A DNA stretch of 64,000 nucleotides from a virus. Lineage: Duplodnaviria > Caudoviricetes. Below the pieces are notes generated by a model. It did no database searches. It had not been told where the DNA came from and worked only from the letters and a program-made list of their open reading frames with translations. Positions 9,526-17,260 of this stretch are shown piece after piece. The stretch lies in the IMG/VR virus record IMGVR_UViG_3300034073_002120; one strand, written 5' to 3'. Position 1 is the stretch's first letter, and each line of letters starts with the position of its first letter. The position numbers were made by a program, and so were the translations under genes.

Positions 9526-10176
9526 TTATTTTTTTAATCGTATTTTCCAATACACTCCACCTCTGATATATGGTGTTAAATATCCATTTGTACCATCGGT
9601 TGTTTTGTTATTTACACCAATACCCAAATTGTATATTTTATTAGAGTTAGAATTTACCATCACACCAACTCCTATGAAATTTACATAATCAGCTTGATTG
9701 AATCCACCTTCGAATCCAGCATAAACCTTTCTTCTAAAAGGTTCTGGTATTTCAAGAGTATCTACTTTTGGAGTTATATTAGTTATATATTTTCTACCTA
9801 CTAATTTGTTTTTTGAAATCGTATCAGTTATTGTAATTGAACCTTGTTGTTTATCAAACTTATATGTGTTTGTGAATATGTTCTTAGTATTTAGATATTG
9901 ATTTATAATAAAGTTAGTATCCACCTTTGCTTCGATTGTATCATGTACTGCATATGGTATTGGTTTCTCAACTTCATAAGGAACAGGTACTTCAACGGGA
10001 ACTTCAAGTGGAATAGTATCATGAATTGGTTGTAACTCCTCACCATCAACTATAACTGGTTTTTCAACAATTGTAGTTTTATGTGGCATTACACCAAATG
10101 GGTCAAATGATACTAATGATAATGAAATCACTAATACCAAAATAATAATATTTTTTATTTCTAAATATTTTTTCAT
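9526..10176 (-). CDS. Membrane-anchored hypothetical protein with a Pro/Val/Glu repeat and a beta-rich C-terminus
   Basis: N-terminal TM helix, EVPVEVPVPYEVEKPIPY repeat, alternating aromatic C-terminal strands. Confidence 0.6.
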   Translation of the reverse strand: MKKYLEIKNIIILVLVISLSLVSFDPFGVMPHKTTIVEKPVIVDGEELQPIHDTIPLEVPVEVPVPYEVEKPIPYAVHDTIEAKVDTNFIINQYLNTKNIFTNTYKFDKQQGSITITDTISKNKLVGRKYITNITPKVDTLEIPEPFRRKVYAGFEGGFNQADYVNFIGVGVMVNSNSNKIYNLGIGVNNKTTDGTNGYLTPYIRGGVYWKIRLKK

Positions 10177-10586
10177 TATTTAACCAAAAATAATACGGTC
10201 ATTATTAAAGCAATACCAGAACCGGCTTTATAAATAGCAGTTTTTACTTTTTGAACTTTAAGTTCTTTCAATAGACTATTTGATTTTTCTCTTTCCAAAG
10301 AAAATTGTTGGTCTTTCTTATCTATAATAGTATTTAGGTTAGTGATTTTTTCATTCTTCAAACTATCCTTTTGTTTATATAGGTCAATTTGTAGATTCTT
10401 TTCATCTAACATTTTATACACTTGTTTCAACTCTGCTTTAGCACCATCACCACTAAGAATATCCTTAATGACTAATTTTGCTATCGGTACTTTTAGAGGT
10501 ACTATCGAGTCCGTTTTCATATCTGTTTGTGAAAAACCAGATAAGGTCGTGAGCAGTGTAATCATTAACAGCATTAACTTTTTCAT
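10176..10586 (-). CDS. Secreted coiled-coil protein with a C-terminal hydrophobic tail
   Basis: Signal peptide MKKLMLLMITLLTTLSGFS, coiled coil, C-terminal GIALIMTVLFLV. Confidence 0.6.
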   Translation of the reverse strand: MKKLMLLMITLLTTLSGFSQTDMKTDSIVPLKVPIAKLVIKDILSGDGAKAELKQVYKMLDEKNLQIDLYKQKDSLKNEKITNLNTIIDKKDQQFSLEREKSNSLLKELKVQKVKTAIYKAGSGIALIMTVLFLVK

Positions 10587-10854
10587 TTGTTTCGTTTTTT
10601 AGTATAGTTATATTTTTGTTTATTGTAGTTACTCTTTCATCTACTTGATGTATTTCATTATCCACTTTATCAATATGAGTATCAATTACTTTATTTGCAG
10701 TTTCAACTGAATCTATTTCGTTTTGTAAAGAATCAATTTTTCGATTATATGCTTCAACATCGGTACGAATCTTATTGTTAGTAAAAATAATATATCCAAC
10801 CAAAACAATAAGAACCGCTAATATGATGTTTTTAAAATTTAACAAATTTTTCAT
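10465..10854 (-). CDS. N-terminal TM plus coiled-coil protein (i-spanin-like architecture)
   Basis: Type II TM helix, then a long heptad repeat. Its 3' end overlaps the next gene by 122 nt. Confidence 0.55.
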   Translation of the reverse strand: MKNLLNFKNIILAVLIVLVGYIIFTNNKIRTDVEAYNRKIDSLQNEIDSVETANKVIDTHIDKVDNEIHQVDERVTTINKNITILKNETNEKVNAVNDYTAHDLIWFFTNRYENGLDSTSKSTDSKISH

Positions 10855-10886
10855 AAATAATTTTTCCGTTATATTAATATAAGTAT

Positions 10887-12431
10887 TTAGAATGAAACTT
10901 TTGAACCAATTTGAAAGTTACTTAACATCGTAAATTCAGGCTCATAACTCATATTTGCTTTATATGCAAAGTTAAATCCAAATCTTTTACTGATTTTATA
11001 ATCAAATGAAGCACCTAACATAGATGATGGAATTCTCGTTACAATCGTACCTCCCGTAACTGAATTATACCCTAAAGGTGAATTCATTATGAATACTTGT
11101 GGTGATATTGATAATTTACGAGAGTATTGGTAAGGTTTCATCCAAAATAAAACTACCGATGTTGAAAACGATGATTGTAGGGTTTGGGTTGCATCTGGCA
11201 TTAATAATGTGATAAGTCCAACGTTTGCCCCATAAGTTCCCAATTTAGGATGTGGTTTAATAAATGTATAACCTACCATACCCATATAAGTTCCTTTAAG
11301 ATATGCAGTAGTTAATGAGTAACTATGTAAAGAATGTAATTTACCATTTTCCAATCTCATTTGTGTCATACCACCTGATACAGCAAATTGGTCTAAGGTA
11401 CTCCATATCAATGCTGATGCCGAATATGATTTATCACCCATTAGAGATGATTTAGAAACCCCCAAAGACAACATTGCAGAGTAATTACCATCAGGTCCTT
11501 CCGTGCCTGCTAAATCGGATGCTAACATCATAGGATTGTTATTTACTGCTTTCTTTTTTTCTTTCTTCTCTTCCTTTTTTTCTTCTTTCTTTTCTTCCTT
11601 TTTGGATTCCTCTTTTTTCTCTTCTTTCTTTTCCTCTGATTTAGATTCTTCTTTCTTTTCTTCTTTTGATTCAGTTTTAGATTCTTCTTTCTTTTCTTCG
11701 GTCTTACTTTCAGATTTTGATTCACTCTTTGTTTCTGATTTTGATTCTGATGAAGATGATGAACTACTTTCACTCTTCGTTTCAGTTTTTGTTTCCGAAG
11801 ATGAAGATGATGAACTACTACCACTACTATTAGATGAACCACTATTAGATGATGTAGATGATGAACTACTACTTGCAGGTGGTGGAGTAGAAGATGTCGA
11901 TGATGTAGATGCAGTTGCACCACTACTTGCAGCAGATGAACTAGCAGAACTTGCAGAAGATGATGCTGCAGATGAAGCGGATGAACTTGCTGCGGTAGAT
12001 GCCGATGAAGATGCTGCGGAACTTGCAGCCGAACTTGCTGCACTACTTGCGGCGGATGATGCTGCGGAACTTGCAGCAGATGATGCTGCTTGAGTTGCTG
12101 CTGCAGTTGCTGCGGTAGATGCTGCTTGGGTTACTGCCTGTTGGACAGTTTGTTGAACTACTATATTAGTAGGACATCCCATAGTTGAATATGCCAAATA
12201 AACGGAATTCAACCACAATTGAACTGCACCACTTTGAACTTCTAATGGAGTAAATACTTTAACTTGGTCATAGAATGATACTACTGCATTACCATTTACC
12301 ATCGTAGTTGTTGCGGTTTTTATTTGACCACTACATTTATCTACAAAAGTTTGTGTATAAGTTTGTCCATTTACATTTTCAGCAAATAAACAAATAACCA
12401 ATATTGTTAAAGTTACTAACCATTTTTTCAT
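10887..12431 (-). CDS. Secreted protein with a long Ser/Ala and Glu/Lys low-complexity linker and a probable C-terminal beta-barrel
   Basis: Signal peptide, about 200-aa low-complexity linker, amphipathic beta strands ending in NFQIGSKVSF (terminal Phe). Confidence 0.6.
   Translation of the reverse strand: MKKWLVTLTILVICLFAENVNGQTYTQTFVDKCSGQIKTATTTMVNGNAVVSFYDQVKVFTPLEVQSGAVQLWLNSVYLAYSTMGCPTNIVVQQTVQQAVTQAASTAATAAATQAASSAASSAASSAASSAASSAASSAASSSASTAASSSASSAASSSASSASSSAASSGATASTSSTSSTPPPASSSSSSTSSNSGSSNSSGSSSSSSSSETKTETKSESSSSSSSESKSETKSESKSESKTEEKKEESKTESKEEKKEESKSEEKKEEKKEESKKEEKKEEKKEEKKEKKKAVNNNPMMLASDLAGTEGPDGNYSAMLSLGVSKSSLMGDKSYSASALIWSTLDQFAVSGGMTQMRLENGKLHSLHSYSLTTAYLKGTYMGMVGYTFIKPHPKLGTYGANVGLITLLMPDATQTLQSSFSTSVVLFWMKPYQYSRKLSISPQVFIMNSPLGYNSVTGGTIVTRIPSSMLGASFDYKISKRFGFNFAYKANMSYEPEFTMLSNFQIGSKVSF
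11535..12130. repeat. Coding low-complexity tandem repeats (SSAA/ASSA, S-rich, EEKK)
   Basis: Imperfect repeats such as GATGCTGCGGAACTTGCAGC and TTTTCTTCTTTCTTTTC; they explain the long shadow ORFs at 11503..12093 and 11543..12043. Confidence 0.8.
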
Positions 12432-12433
12432 TA

Positions 12434-12649
12434 TTAGTGTTTACCTCTCTTAACATATGAATGAGATTTAGGGTTTCTCACTTTATGTGTTTGTAAAACT
12501 ATACCATGACCAGGTATCCAAATCGGTGTGGTATATGTGGTTGTTCTATGTCTTTGATAATAGTTATGTTTACTTCCAACATTTACAATTTTTACAGGAA
12601 CACACCCAACTAATAATATTAGAACCAATAATGTTATTATATTTTTCAT
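12434..12649 (-). CDS. Small lipoprotein
   Basis: MKNIITLLVLILLVGC lipobox. Confidence 0.6.
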   Translation of the reverse strand: MKNIITLLVLILLVGCVPVKIVNVGSKHNYYQRHRTTTYTTPIWIPGHGIVLQTHKVRNPKSHSYVKRGKH

Positions 12650-12652
12650 ACC

Positions 12653-13372
12653 TTATCTTTGGTATAAATATATCCTTTCATTCTTATCAATACAAATTGC
12701 ACTCATATTCTCAATCCAATCACCACTATTCAAATATCGTTTACCATTTATCATTACATCTGCCGGTTGATGAATGTGTCCACACATCACCCCATCACAT
12801 CCCTTTAAAGAACCCATAGATAATGCACTGGTTTCGAAATCATTTATGTAATTAGTTGCAACCTTTACTTTATTCTTAATCTTTTGAGATATAGATATGT
12901 AAGGTAATTTTCTCCACTTACGATATGAGTTATATACTCTATTTAACCAAAGTGCGAAATCGTATCCTATCGAACCAATCTTTGACAACCATTTGTATTT
13001 GGTTATAAAAACATCAATAACATCTCCATGAAAGATATAATATTTTTCACCATTATTAAGTTTGAGGATATAATCTTCTCTCATTTCTATATTACCAAAA
13101 TGAGAACCTATAAATTCTTGTATGAATTCATCATGATTTCCTCGTATCCAAATGATTTTAGTTTTAGTAGAAAGTTTTAATATTTTTTGAACTACTTTAC
13201 TATGTTTCTTTTTCCATTTAGAACCTCTATTCAAAGCCCAACCATCGATTATATCCCCATTAAGAATTAATAATTCAGTAGGATGTGTTTCAATAAACTC
13301 TAAAAACTCATCTACTTTACTATCTTTAATACCCAAATGAATATCAGATACTATAATTGCTTCGTATTTCAT
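12653..13372 (-). CDS. Metallophosphoesterase, UDP-2,3-diacylglucosamine diphosphatase (LpxH)-like
   Basis: SDIHLG, LNGDIID, RGNHD, HGD, CGHIH, NSGDW. Likely start is the ATG at 13372 (MKYEAIIVSD). Confidence 0.8.
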   Translation of the reverse strand: MKYEAIIVSDIHLGIKDSKVDEFLEFIETHPTELLILNGDIIDGWALNRGSKWKKKHSKVVQKILKLSTKTKIIWIRGNHDEFIQEFIGSHFGNIEMREDYILKLNNGEKYYIFHGDVIDVFITKYKWLSKIGSIGYDFALWLNRVYNSYRKWRKLPYISISQKIKNKVKVATNYINDFETSALSMGSLKGCDGVMCGHIHQPADVMINGKRYLNSGDWIENMSAICIDKNERIYLYQR

Positions 13373-14064
13373 ATCCAATAGTTGTGATGTTTTTTGAAAA
13401 ATTCGGTATTGTTTCGGTTGATGTAGCATTTTATACTTAGTATGAACATATAGAAGAATCCTTTATTCTTAAATCTTCTTGCAGATGTCCATATTCCTTT
13501 TGTGGAGTGAATAATCATTTTATCAGTTTTTTGAGAAACCCAATAATCTTCTGCGAATAGATGCGTTTCATCATATCCACCGGTCTTCCAATATGATTCA
13601 GTTTTCCATAATTGAAATCCACCAACTGCAAATGGAGTTCCCAACCAATTACTCATTCTTTGTTGAATATCAAATAATCGGAATATCCAATTGAATCCTT
13701 TTTCGGTTTGGAATGGGACAGTTACTAAATCAGTATTGTATGATAAACAATCACCTAATACAAATTTATCTTCTAGCATTATATCTGCATCTAAAAAAAG
13801 AATAAAAGGAGTAGTTACTAATTTACTACCTTTCAATCTTGCTTTTGCAGGAAATCCTCCCTTTATAATTTGTATATCTAATGAATATTTAAAATCTCGT
13901 TTTACATATTCTAAAAAATCTAAACTAATAGTTTCATCTGATGTATCTGCTATAATAATTTTTGTTCCTGCTATACCATTTTGTTTTGCTATAAATGAAA
14001 CACATTCATAAATGTTATTTTTTTCATTTTTACAAGGTATGACAATAGTTATTTCGTCTTTCAT
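13369..14064 (-). CDS. Glycosyltransferase family 2
   Basis: TIVIPCKNE, IIIAD, ARLKG, LFLDAD, GGYDE..FAED, SARR. Likely start is the ATG at 14064. Confidence 0.85.
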   Translation of the reverse strand: MKDEITIVIPCKNEKNNIYECVSFIAKQNGIAGTKIIIADTSDETISLDFLEYVKRDFKYSLDIQIIKGGFPAKARLKGSKLVTTPFILFLDADIMLEDKFVLGDCLSYNTDLVTVPFQTEKGFNWIFRLFDIQQRMSNWLGTPFAVGGFQLWKTESYWKTGGYDETHLFAEDYWVSQKTDKMIIHSTKGIWTSARRFKNKGFFYMFILSIKCYINRNNTEFFKKHHNYWI

Positions 14065-14074
14065 ATGAATAAGT

Positions 14075-14103
14075 AAAAAACCCCCATTTAATGATGGGGG
14101 TTT
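14075..14103 (-). terminator. Intrinsic terminator
   Basis: Minus strand AACCCCCAT-CATTAA-ATGGGGGTT followed by a U-tract, downstream of 14128..14466. Confidence 0.75.
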
Positions 14104-14127
14104 CAATATTAAGAAATTATTAAGATA

Positions 14128-14466
14128 TTATTTTTTGTGTAATAATAATTCACCTAAAACTTCAATTTCACCAACTAATTTTTGAAATTCAATTTCAGAT
14201 AAATTCATATTATATATTTTATCACAAAATTCTTTAGATTTTGAATCTAATAAAGCTTTTGTTTCATCAACATTAAAGTTTCCTTTTGATGCATTTTCGT
14301 AATATGGTAATTTAACTACAAAGTGATAGTGAGTCAATATTGCAGGCCCGCCTTTTTCTTTTGCATCATTACTTATTTTTGTTGCACCTTCTAATCTCTT
14401 CGAAGCAAATTGTTCAAACGTAATGATATCATTATCTTCTTTTAATATATTTTTTAACTTTATCAT
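14128..14466 (-). CDS. Hypothetical protein with the MIKLKNILKE N-terminal motif
   Basis: 112-aa ORF. Confidence 0.6.
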   Translation of the reverse strand: MIKLKNILKEDNDIITFEQFASKRLEGATKISNDAKEKGGPAILTHYHFVVKLPYYENASKGNFNVDETKALLDSKSKEFCDKIYNMNLSEIEFQKLVGEIEVLGELLLHKK

Positions 14467-15182
14467 TTTTCAAATACACCTTTTTTAACCATTCTCATTA
14501 AAATTCTAGAACAAGCAATATCTAATGCTTTCTTAGTAGATGTACCAATTGTTGATTGATTAAATTTAACTTCATCCACAGTTGCATCTGAAAGGAATGA
14601 TAATTCTCTTGTAGTTTTTGCTTCACCTAAACCAGATGCTGCAATGATTTCACCCGTCTCTGCGTTTGTAAATCTTACTTGTAAACCCAAACGTGTTACT
14701 ACCATATTCTTAACACCATCTTTTAAGTTTACCGTCTCATCTTCGGAAACGGAAAAATCATATACTTCGATTTCAACAAAGTAATGAGCTAAACGGATTT
14801 TACCTCTACCATCTAACTTATCTTGTGATATACCTGCTTGAGAAGCCTGAAATTGCTTAACCATTCGGTTTTTAATTTCAGTTTTATCTTCCGTAAACGT
14901 AAATCTATTAAGATTTTCCAAATATTCCATCGTGATGTTAGCCACACCCAAACCCACTTTCTTTTCTTTGAGTTCTGGATATTGCTCATAAACTTCATCA
15001 CCAATACCACATTTGAGGATTTGAATCGGAATTTGTTTTCCCTCATAATCTAAAAATTGACTAATGTCTACTTTTGTTTCAAATGATGCTTTATAATTTT
15101 CTGTTTTTGTTGTTCCCACAGTTTGGGCAATGGCAACATTGCTTAGTAAAACACCAAGCAAGAATACTAATAATTTTTTCAT
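14463..15182 (-). CDS. CsgG/HfaB-family-like secreted protein
   Basis: Signal peptide; LGVANITMEYLENLNRFTFTE, IEVYDFSVSE..., RLGLQVRFTNAETGEIIAASGLGEA resemble CsgG-family strands. Confidence 0.65.
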   Translation of the reverse strand: MKKLLVFLLGVLLSNVAIAQTVGTTKTENYKASFETKVDISQFLDYEGKQIPIQILKCGIGDEVYEQYPELKEKKVGLGVANITMEYLENLNRFTFTEDKTEIKNRMVKQFQASQAGISQDKLDGRGKIRLAHYFVEIEVYDFSVSEDETVNLKDGVKNMVVTRLGLQVRFTNAETGEIIAASGLGEAKTTRELSFLSDATVDEVKFNQSTIGTSTKKALDIACSRILMRMVKKGVFEK

Positions 15183-15216
15183 ATACGTTTTTCATATTTT
15201 GTTCGTATATAAATAT

Positions 15217-15245
15217 AAAAAAAGGGAAACTTTCGTCTCCCTTTT
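15217..15245 (-). terminator. Intrinsic terminator with a GNRA loop
   Basis: Minus strand AAAAGGGAGAC-GAAA-GTTTCCCTTTTTTT, downstream of 15250..15504. Confidence 0.8.
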
Positions 15246-15249
15246 CAAA

Positions 15250-15504
15250 TTATCCTAATTCTTCTTCTTTTGGTTCATCTTTTTTATTAAAGATTTTACC
15301 AACTTCAGCGATACCGAATGCTCCTAATGTTATATACATAAATGAATTATAAATAAATTCATTCACTAACAATTCTTTTCCCATATATCCCGTTACCAAA
15401 TCGGTAACTGCGAATGCTGTCATTACTACAAATGATGCAAACCCTACGATTGTTTTCTCATTCAAATCATTTGAATCTTTGAAAATATCAGTAAATTTAG
15501 CCAT
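15250..15504 (-). CDS. Small 2-TM membrane protein (holin-like candidate)
   Basis: 84 aa, two hydrophobic helices, charged C-terminus. Confidence 0.5.
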   Translation of the reverse strand: MAKFTDIFKDSNDLNEKTIVGFASFVVMTAFAVTDLVTGYMGKELLVNEFIYNSFMYITLGAFGIAEVGKIFNKKDEPKEEELG

Positions 15505-15551
15505 AGTCTTTTTTCCTTTTTTTAAATTATTAAACTATGTAACCTTTATTA

Positions 15552-16172
15552 TTATCCTACTTGTTCAGAATCTTCATCTTTAATCTTTCCACATTTCAAA
15601 CATTCTTCTTCACCATCACCATCTAAATCACCCCAAACGTGCTCACATTGTCTATGTGCAAAATATACATCAATTTTACCATCACCATCAAAGTCAATAC
15701 CATCCATAGTTCCATCCCCATCTTCATCAACTTCTATTCCAGTTCTAGGTTGTGTAGTTTGATTTATTTCCGATGTTGATACTGTGGGTATAAATTCTTC
15801 CTCATTTTTAAACTCAGCATTTGGTAATACTAATGGTCTTACATCAGTTGGAACTATTGGATTGTTTGGCATATCGGCTGTATTTGATAATGATGTACCA
15901 TCTTCTTCATCCATCTTTTGAACTAGCATTTTATCCTTATCAGTATCACTAAACCAATAATCAATAATCTTACCATAAGAACCGATGAAAGCTCCTAATA
16001 ACAATAATAAAAGTTCTTTCCATTCTCCTGCTATTTCGTTTTTATTAATAATAGCAGCAAACATACCACCAATTATTAACATAAATCCTCCCAATACTAA
16101 CGCAGTAATGTACCATCTACGTTTCATCATATTACTCAATAGGTCTTTGAAACCACTTGGTTGTTCTGCCAT
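15552..16172 (-). CDS. 2-TM membrane protein with DxDxDG Ca-binding-like loops and a C-terminal Cys cluster
   Basis: Two TM helices; DEDGDGTMDGIDFDGDGKID and DLDGDGEE; CEH...CLKC. Confidence 0.6.
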   Translation of the reverse strand: MAEQPSGFKDLLSNMMKRRWYITALVLGGFMLIIGGMFAAIINKNEIAGEWKELLLLLLGAFIGSYGKIIDYWFSDTDKDKMLVQKMDEEDGTSLSNTADMPNNPIVPTDVRPLVLPNAEFKNEEEFIPTVSTSEINQTTQPRTGIEVDEDGDGTMDGIDFDGDGKIDVYFAHRQCEHVWGDLDGDGEEECLKCGKIKDEDSEQVG

Positions 16173-16195
16173 ATTATTCTCCTTTATTTTTTATA

Positions 16196-16519
16196 CTACC
16201 ACTTTGGTGCTTCTTCTTTGAACTCATCACCTTCTTTTTTCTTAGGTTTTGGTTGAGGTTGTGCCGGTTGAGTATTTCCACCTACTGTCTTTTCTTTGAT
16301 GATTACTGTTTTACCACCTGCAGATTGTTGTTGAGCTTGTTGATTAGAGTTTGTGATATTGATTACCGGTGCTGCTTGCTGAACCGGTGTTTCTTCTTTA
16401 TCACCACCTGTCAATTGTGTAGTAACCCAAGTACCCAATCCTAATGTGATTGTTGATACGAATCCGATGATTACATTTTTTAATGAACCACCTGTACTTT
16501 GTTCTTGTTCTTCTGCCAT
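16196..16519 (-). CDS. Single-TM hypothetical protein with a Gln/Pro-rich tail
   Basis: 107-aa ORF. Confidence 0.6.
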   Translation of the reverse strand: MAEEQEQSTGGSLKNVIIGFVSTITLGLGTWVTTQLTGGDKEETPVQQAAPVINITNSNQQAQQQSAGGKTVIIKEKTVGGNTQPAQPQPKPKKKEGDEFKEEAPKW

Positions 16520-16537
16520 TTTGTTTTCTCCGTTTTG

Positions 16538-16909
16538 TTATTGTATTTTGTTAAAATCTGTTATTCCTAATTGTCTACCACTTGCATCGAATAATCCAAT
16601 TCTATATGCAGATGATGGTAATGCAGTTGTATATACTTTAAGTACATTATCACCTGCTATTACATTTACATTTTCTTTTGATACTACTCTATTACCAATA
16701 TCAAATATTTTAATTGTTACTGATTGTGCAGTTTCGGTTTTCACATTCATTGCAACTTCTGATGTTACAAAATGTGATTGTACTTTAATACCTACCGAAT
16801 TGGTAATCTTCAAATCTTCCGATACGGCTTGTGGTGTTGGTAATATATCCTCTTTTGAACATCCTACTAATAAAATAGTAAAGAATACCAATCCAAATAT
16901 TTTTTTCAT
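16538..16909 (-). CDS. Lipoprotein with a T9SS C-terminal-sorting-domain-like Ig fold
   Basis: LLVGC lipobox; VTIKIFDIGNRVVSKENVNVIAGDNVLKVYTTALPSSAYRIGL resembles type A CTD / FlgD-Ig strands. Confidence 0.55.
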   Translation of the reverse strand: MKKIFGLVFFTILLVGCSKEDILPTPQAVSEDLKITNSVGIKVQSHFVTSEVAMNVKTETAQSVTIKIFDIGNRVVSKENVNVIAGDNVLKVYTTALPSSAYRIGLFDASGRQLGITDFNKIQ

Positions 16910-16918
16910 TTTGTTCTC

Positions 16919-17260
16919 CTAATTGATTATTATTGTTGTTTTACTTATTTCTTTTTTAGTAACATCTTCCAATAACAAATATAAGTATTTAACCGATATT
17001 GATTTAGTGTATATTTTCTTTACATTTTCTCCATTTTGACCAATAAATCGTTCTCTACTAATTACTTGTCCACTTTCTTTATCAATTAAAGTTAAAGTGT
17101 ATGTTCCTGCGGATGGTAAATCAAAATATATTGATTGTCCATTTACTACGCTACTTTCACCCACGTTGAATATTTTTTCAACCGGCATAGTAGGTGTTGG
17201 TAAATCTGGCTTAGTACATCCTACTAACAAAATCAACGATATTAATATTATCTTCTTCAT
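16919..17260 (-). CDS. Lipoprotein with a T9SS-CTD-like Ig fold (paralog-like of 16538..16909)
   Basis: LLVGC lipobox; FDLPSAGTYTLTLIDKESGQVISRERF..GENVKKIYTKSI. Confidence 0.5.
   Translation of the reverse strand: MKKIILISLILLVGCTKPDLPTPTMPVEKIFNVGESSVVNGQSIYFDLPSAGTYTLTLIDKESGQVISRERFIGQNGENVKKIYTKSISVKYLYLLLEDVTKKEISKTTIIIN

Noticed and set aside
11543-12043. Minus-strand 166-aa His/Leu/Gln- and Lys/Arg-rich ORF
   Set aside because: It is an alternative frame of the Ser/Ala and Glu/Lys repeats in 10887..12431.
11535-12130. Tandem repeats considered as a possible CRISPR array or VNTR
   Set aside because: The repeats are short, imperfect, in-frame codon repeats with no unique spacers.
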